Assembly (NCBI GenBank): GCA_963726745.1
Contig: CAVSDR010000002.1
Span: 128,001 to 192,000, forward strand
Direction of reading: 5' to 3'
DNA length: 64,000 bases
From: an uncultured Verrucomicrobiae bacterium
GTDB taxonomy: Bacteria > Verrucomicrobiota > Verrucomicrobiia > Chthoniobacterales > UBA10450
The position numbers and the translations under genes are program-made. Below the pieces are notes generated by a model. It saw only the letters and a program-made list of their open reading frames with translations, searched no databases and was not told where the DNA came from. Shown here one piece after another: positions 63,565 through 64,000 of the stretch (position 1 is its first letter; each line of letters begins with the position of its first letter).

Positions 63565-64000
63565 ATGAACCTATTCCTCGCTCAAGCAGGTGGCCTCACG
63601 GACATCGCCCGTTCCACGGGCGAGACCTTCGGCTTCAACCTGTGGATGTTCCTCTCGCAGGTGGTCAGCTTCGTCATTGTGGCGCTGCTCCTGCGGCAAT
63701 TCGCCTACAAGCCGATCCTCGGGATTCTCGAGGAACGCCGCCAGCGGATCGCTGAAGGATTGCTGAACGCGGAGAAAATTAAGCAGCAACTTGCGGAAGC
63801 CGAGCAGCGCTACGCCGAAATTCTCGCGAAGGCGAACACCGCCGCGCAGAAGATGATCGACGACGCGCGCGAGAGCGCCGGGCACGTGGCCGAGCGCAAG
63901 GAGCAGGAAGCCATCGCCGCGGCCGAGCAGATCGTGGCCAAGGCACGCGAGGCCAGCGCGATCGAGCACGAGCGCACGATGTCGGAATTGAAGCGCGAAC
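63565..64000 (+). CDS. atpF: ATP synthase F0 subunit b (partial, runs off the window)
   Basis: Read by hand: MNLFLAQ...QVVSFVIVALLLRQFAYKPILGILEERRQRIAEGL. Confidence 0.92.
   Translation, partial: MNLFLAQAGGLTDIARSTGETFGFNLWMFLSQVVSFVIVALLLRQFAYKPILGILEERRQRIAEGLLNAEKIKQQLAEAEQRYAEILAKANTAAQKMIDDARESAGHVAERKEQEAIAAAEQIVAKAREASAIEHERTMSELKRE

Overview
High-GC (about 65% by eye) bacterial chromosomal DNA. The A/G|FTLxE pseudopilins, the PEP-CTERM protein and the gene content suggest Verrucomicrobiota (Chthoniobacterales/Spartobacteria-like); this is an inference. Left to right: a split type II secretion/pseudopilus cluster with a co-oriented Ser/Thr kinase, rluD, a DUF4394-like PEP-CTERM protein, a glycosylation locus behind an ECF sigma factor, hemL, tRNA-Cys, a GH15 glucoamylase, an iodotyrosine-deiodinase-like flavoprotein, a MacAB-type exporter, a PaoABC-type molybdoenzyme with maturation genes, Dcp, a triple-domain Skp protein, a complex I cluster with two nuoM genes and no nuoEFG in the window (split by a two-component system, gdhA and a 5'-3' exonuclease), radical SAM/methyltransferase/aminotransferase genes, glgA/glgM, obg, a GT4 and the start of the atp operon. 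More than a dozen genes carry single-base frameshifts, most likely assembly indels. The main signal not explained by the genes is a non-palindromic word, TCGTTAG(GC) / (GC)CTAACGA. I counted 43 copies of the 7-mer by eye (27 exact TCGTTAGGC). It occurs on both strands, in several reading frames, at gene junctions and between genes, as a DNA-uptake-sequence-like or other chromosomal signal would.
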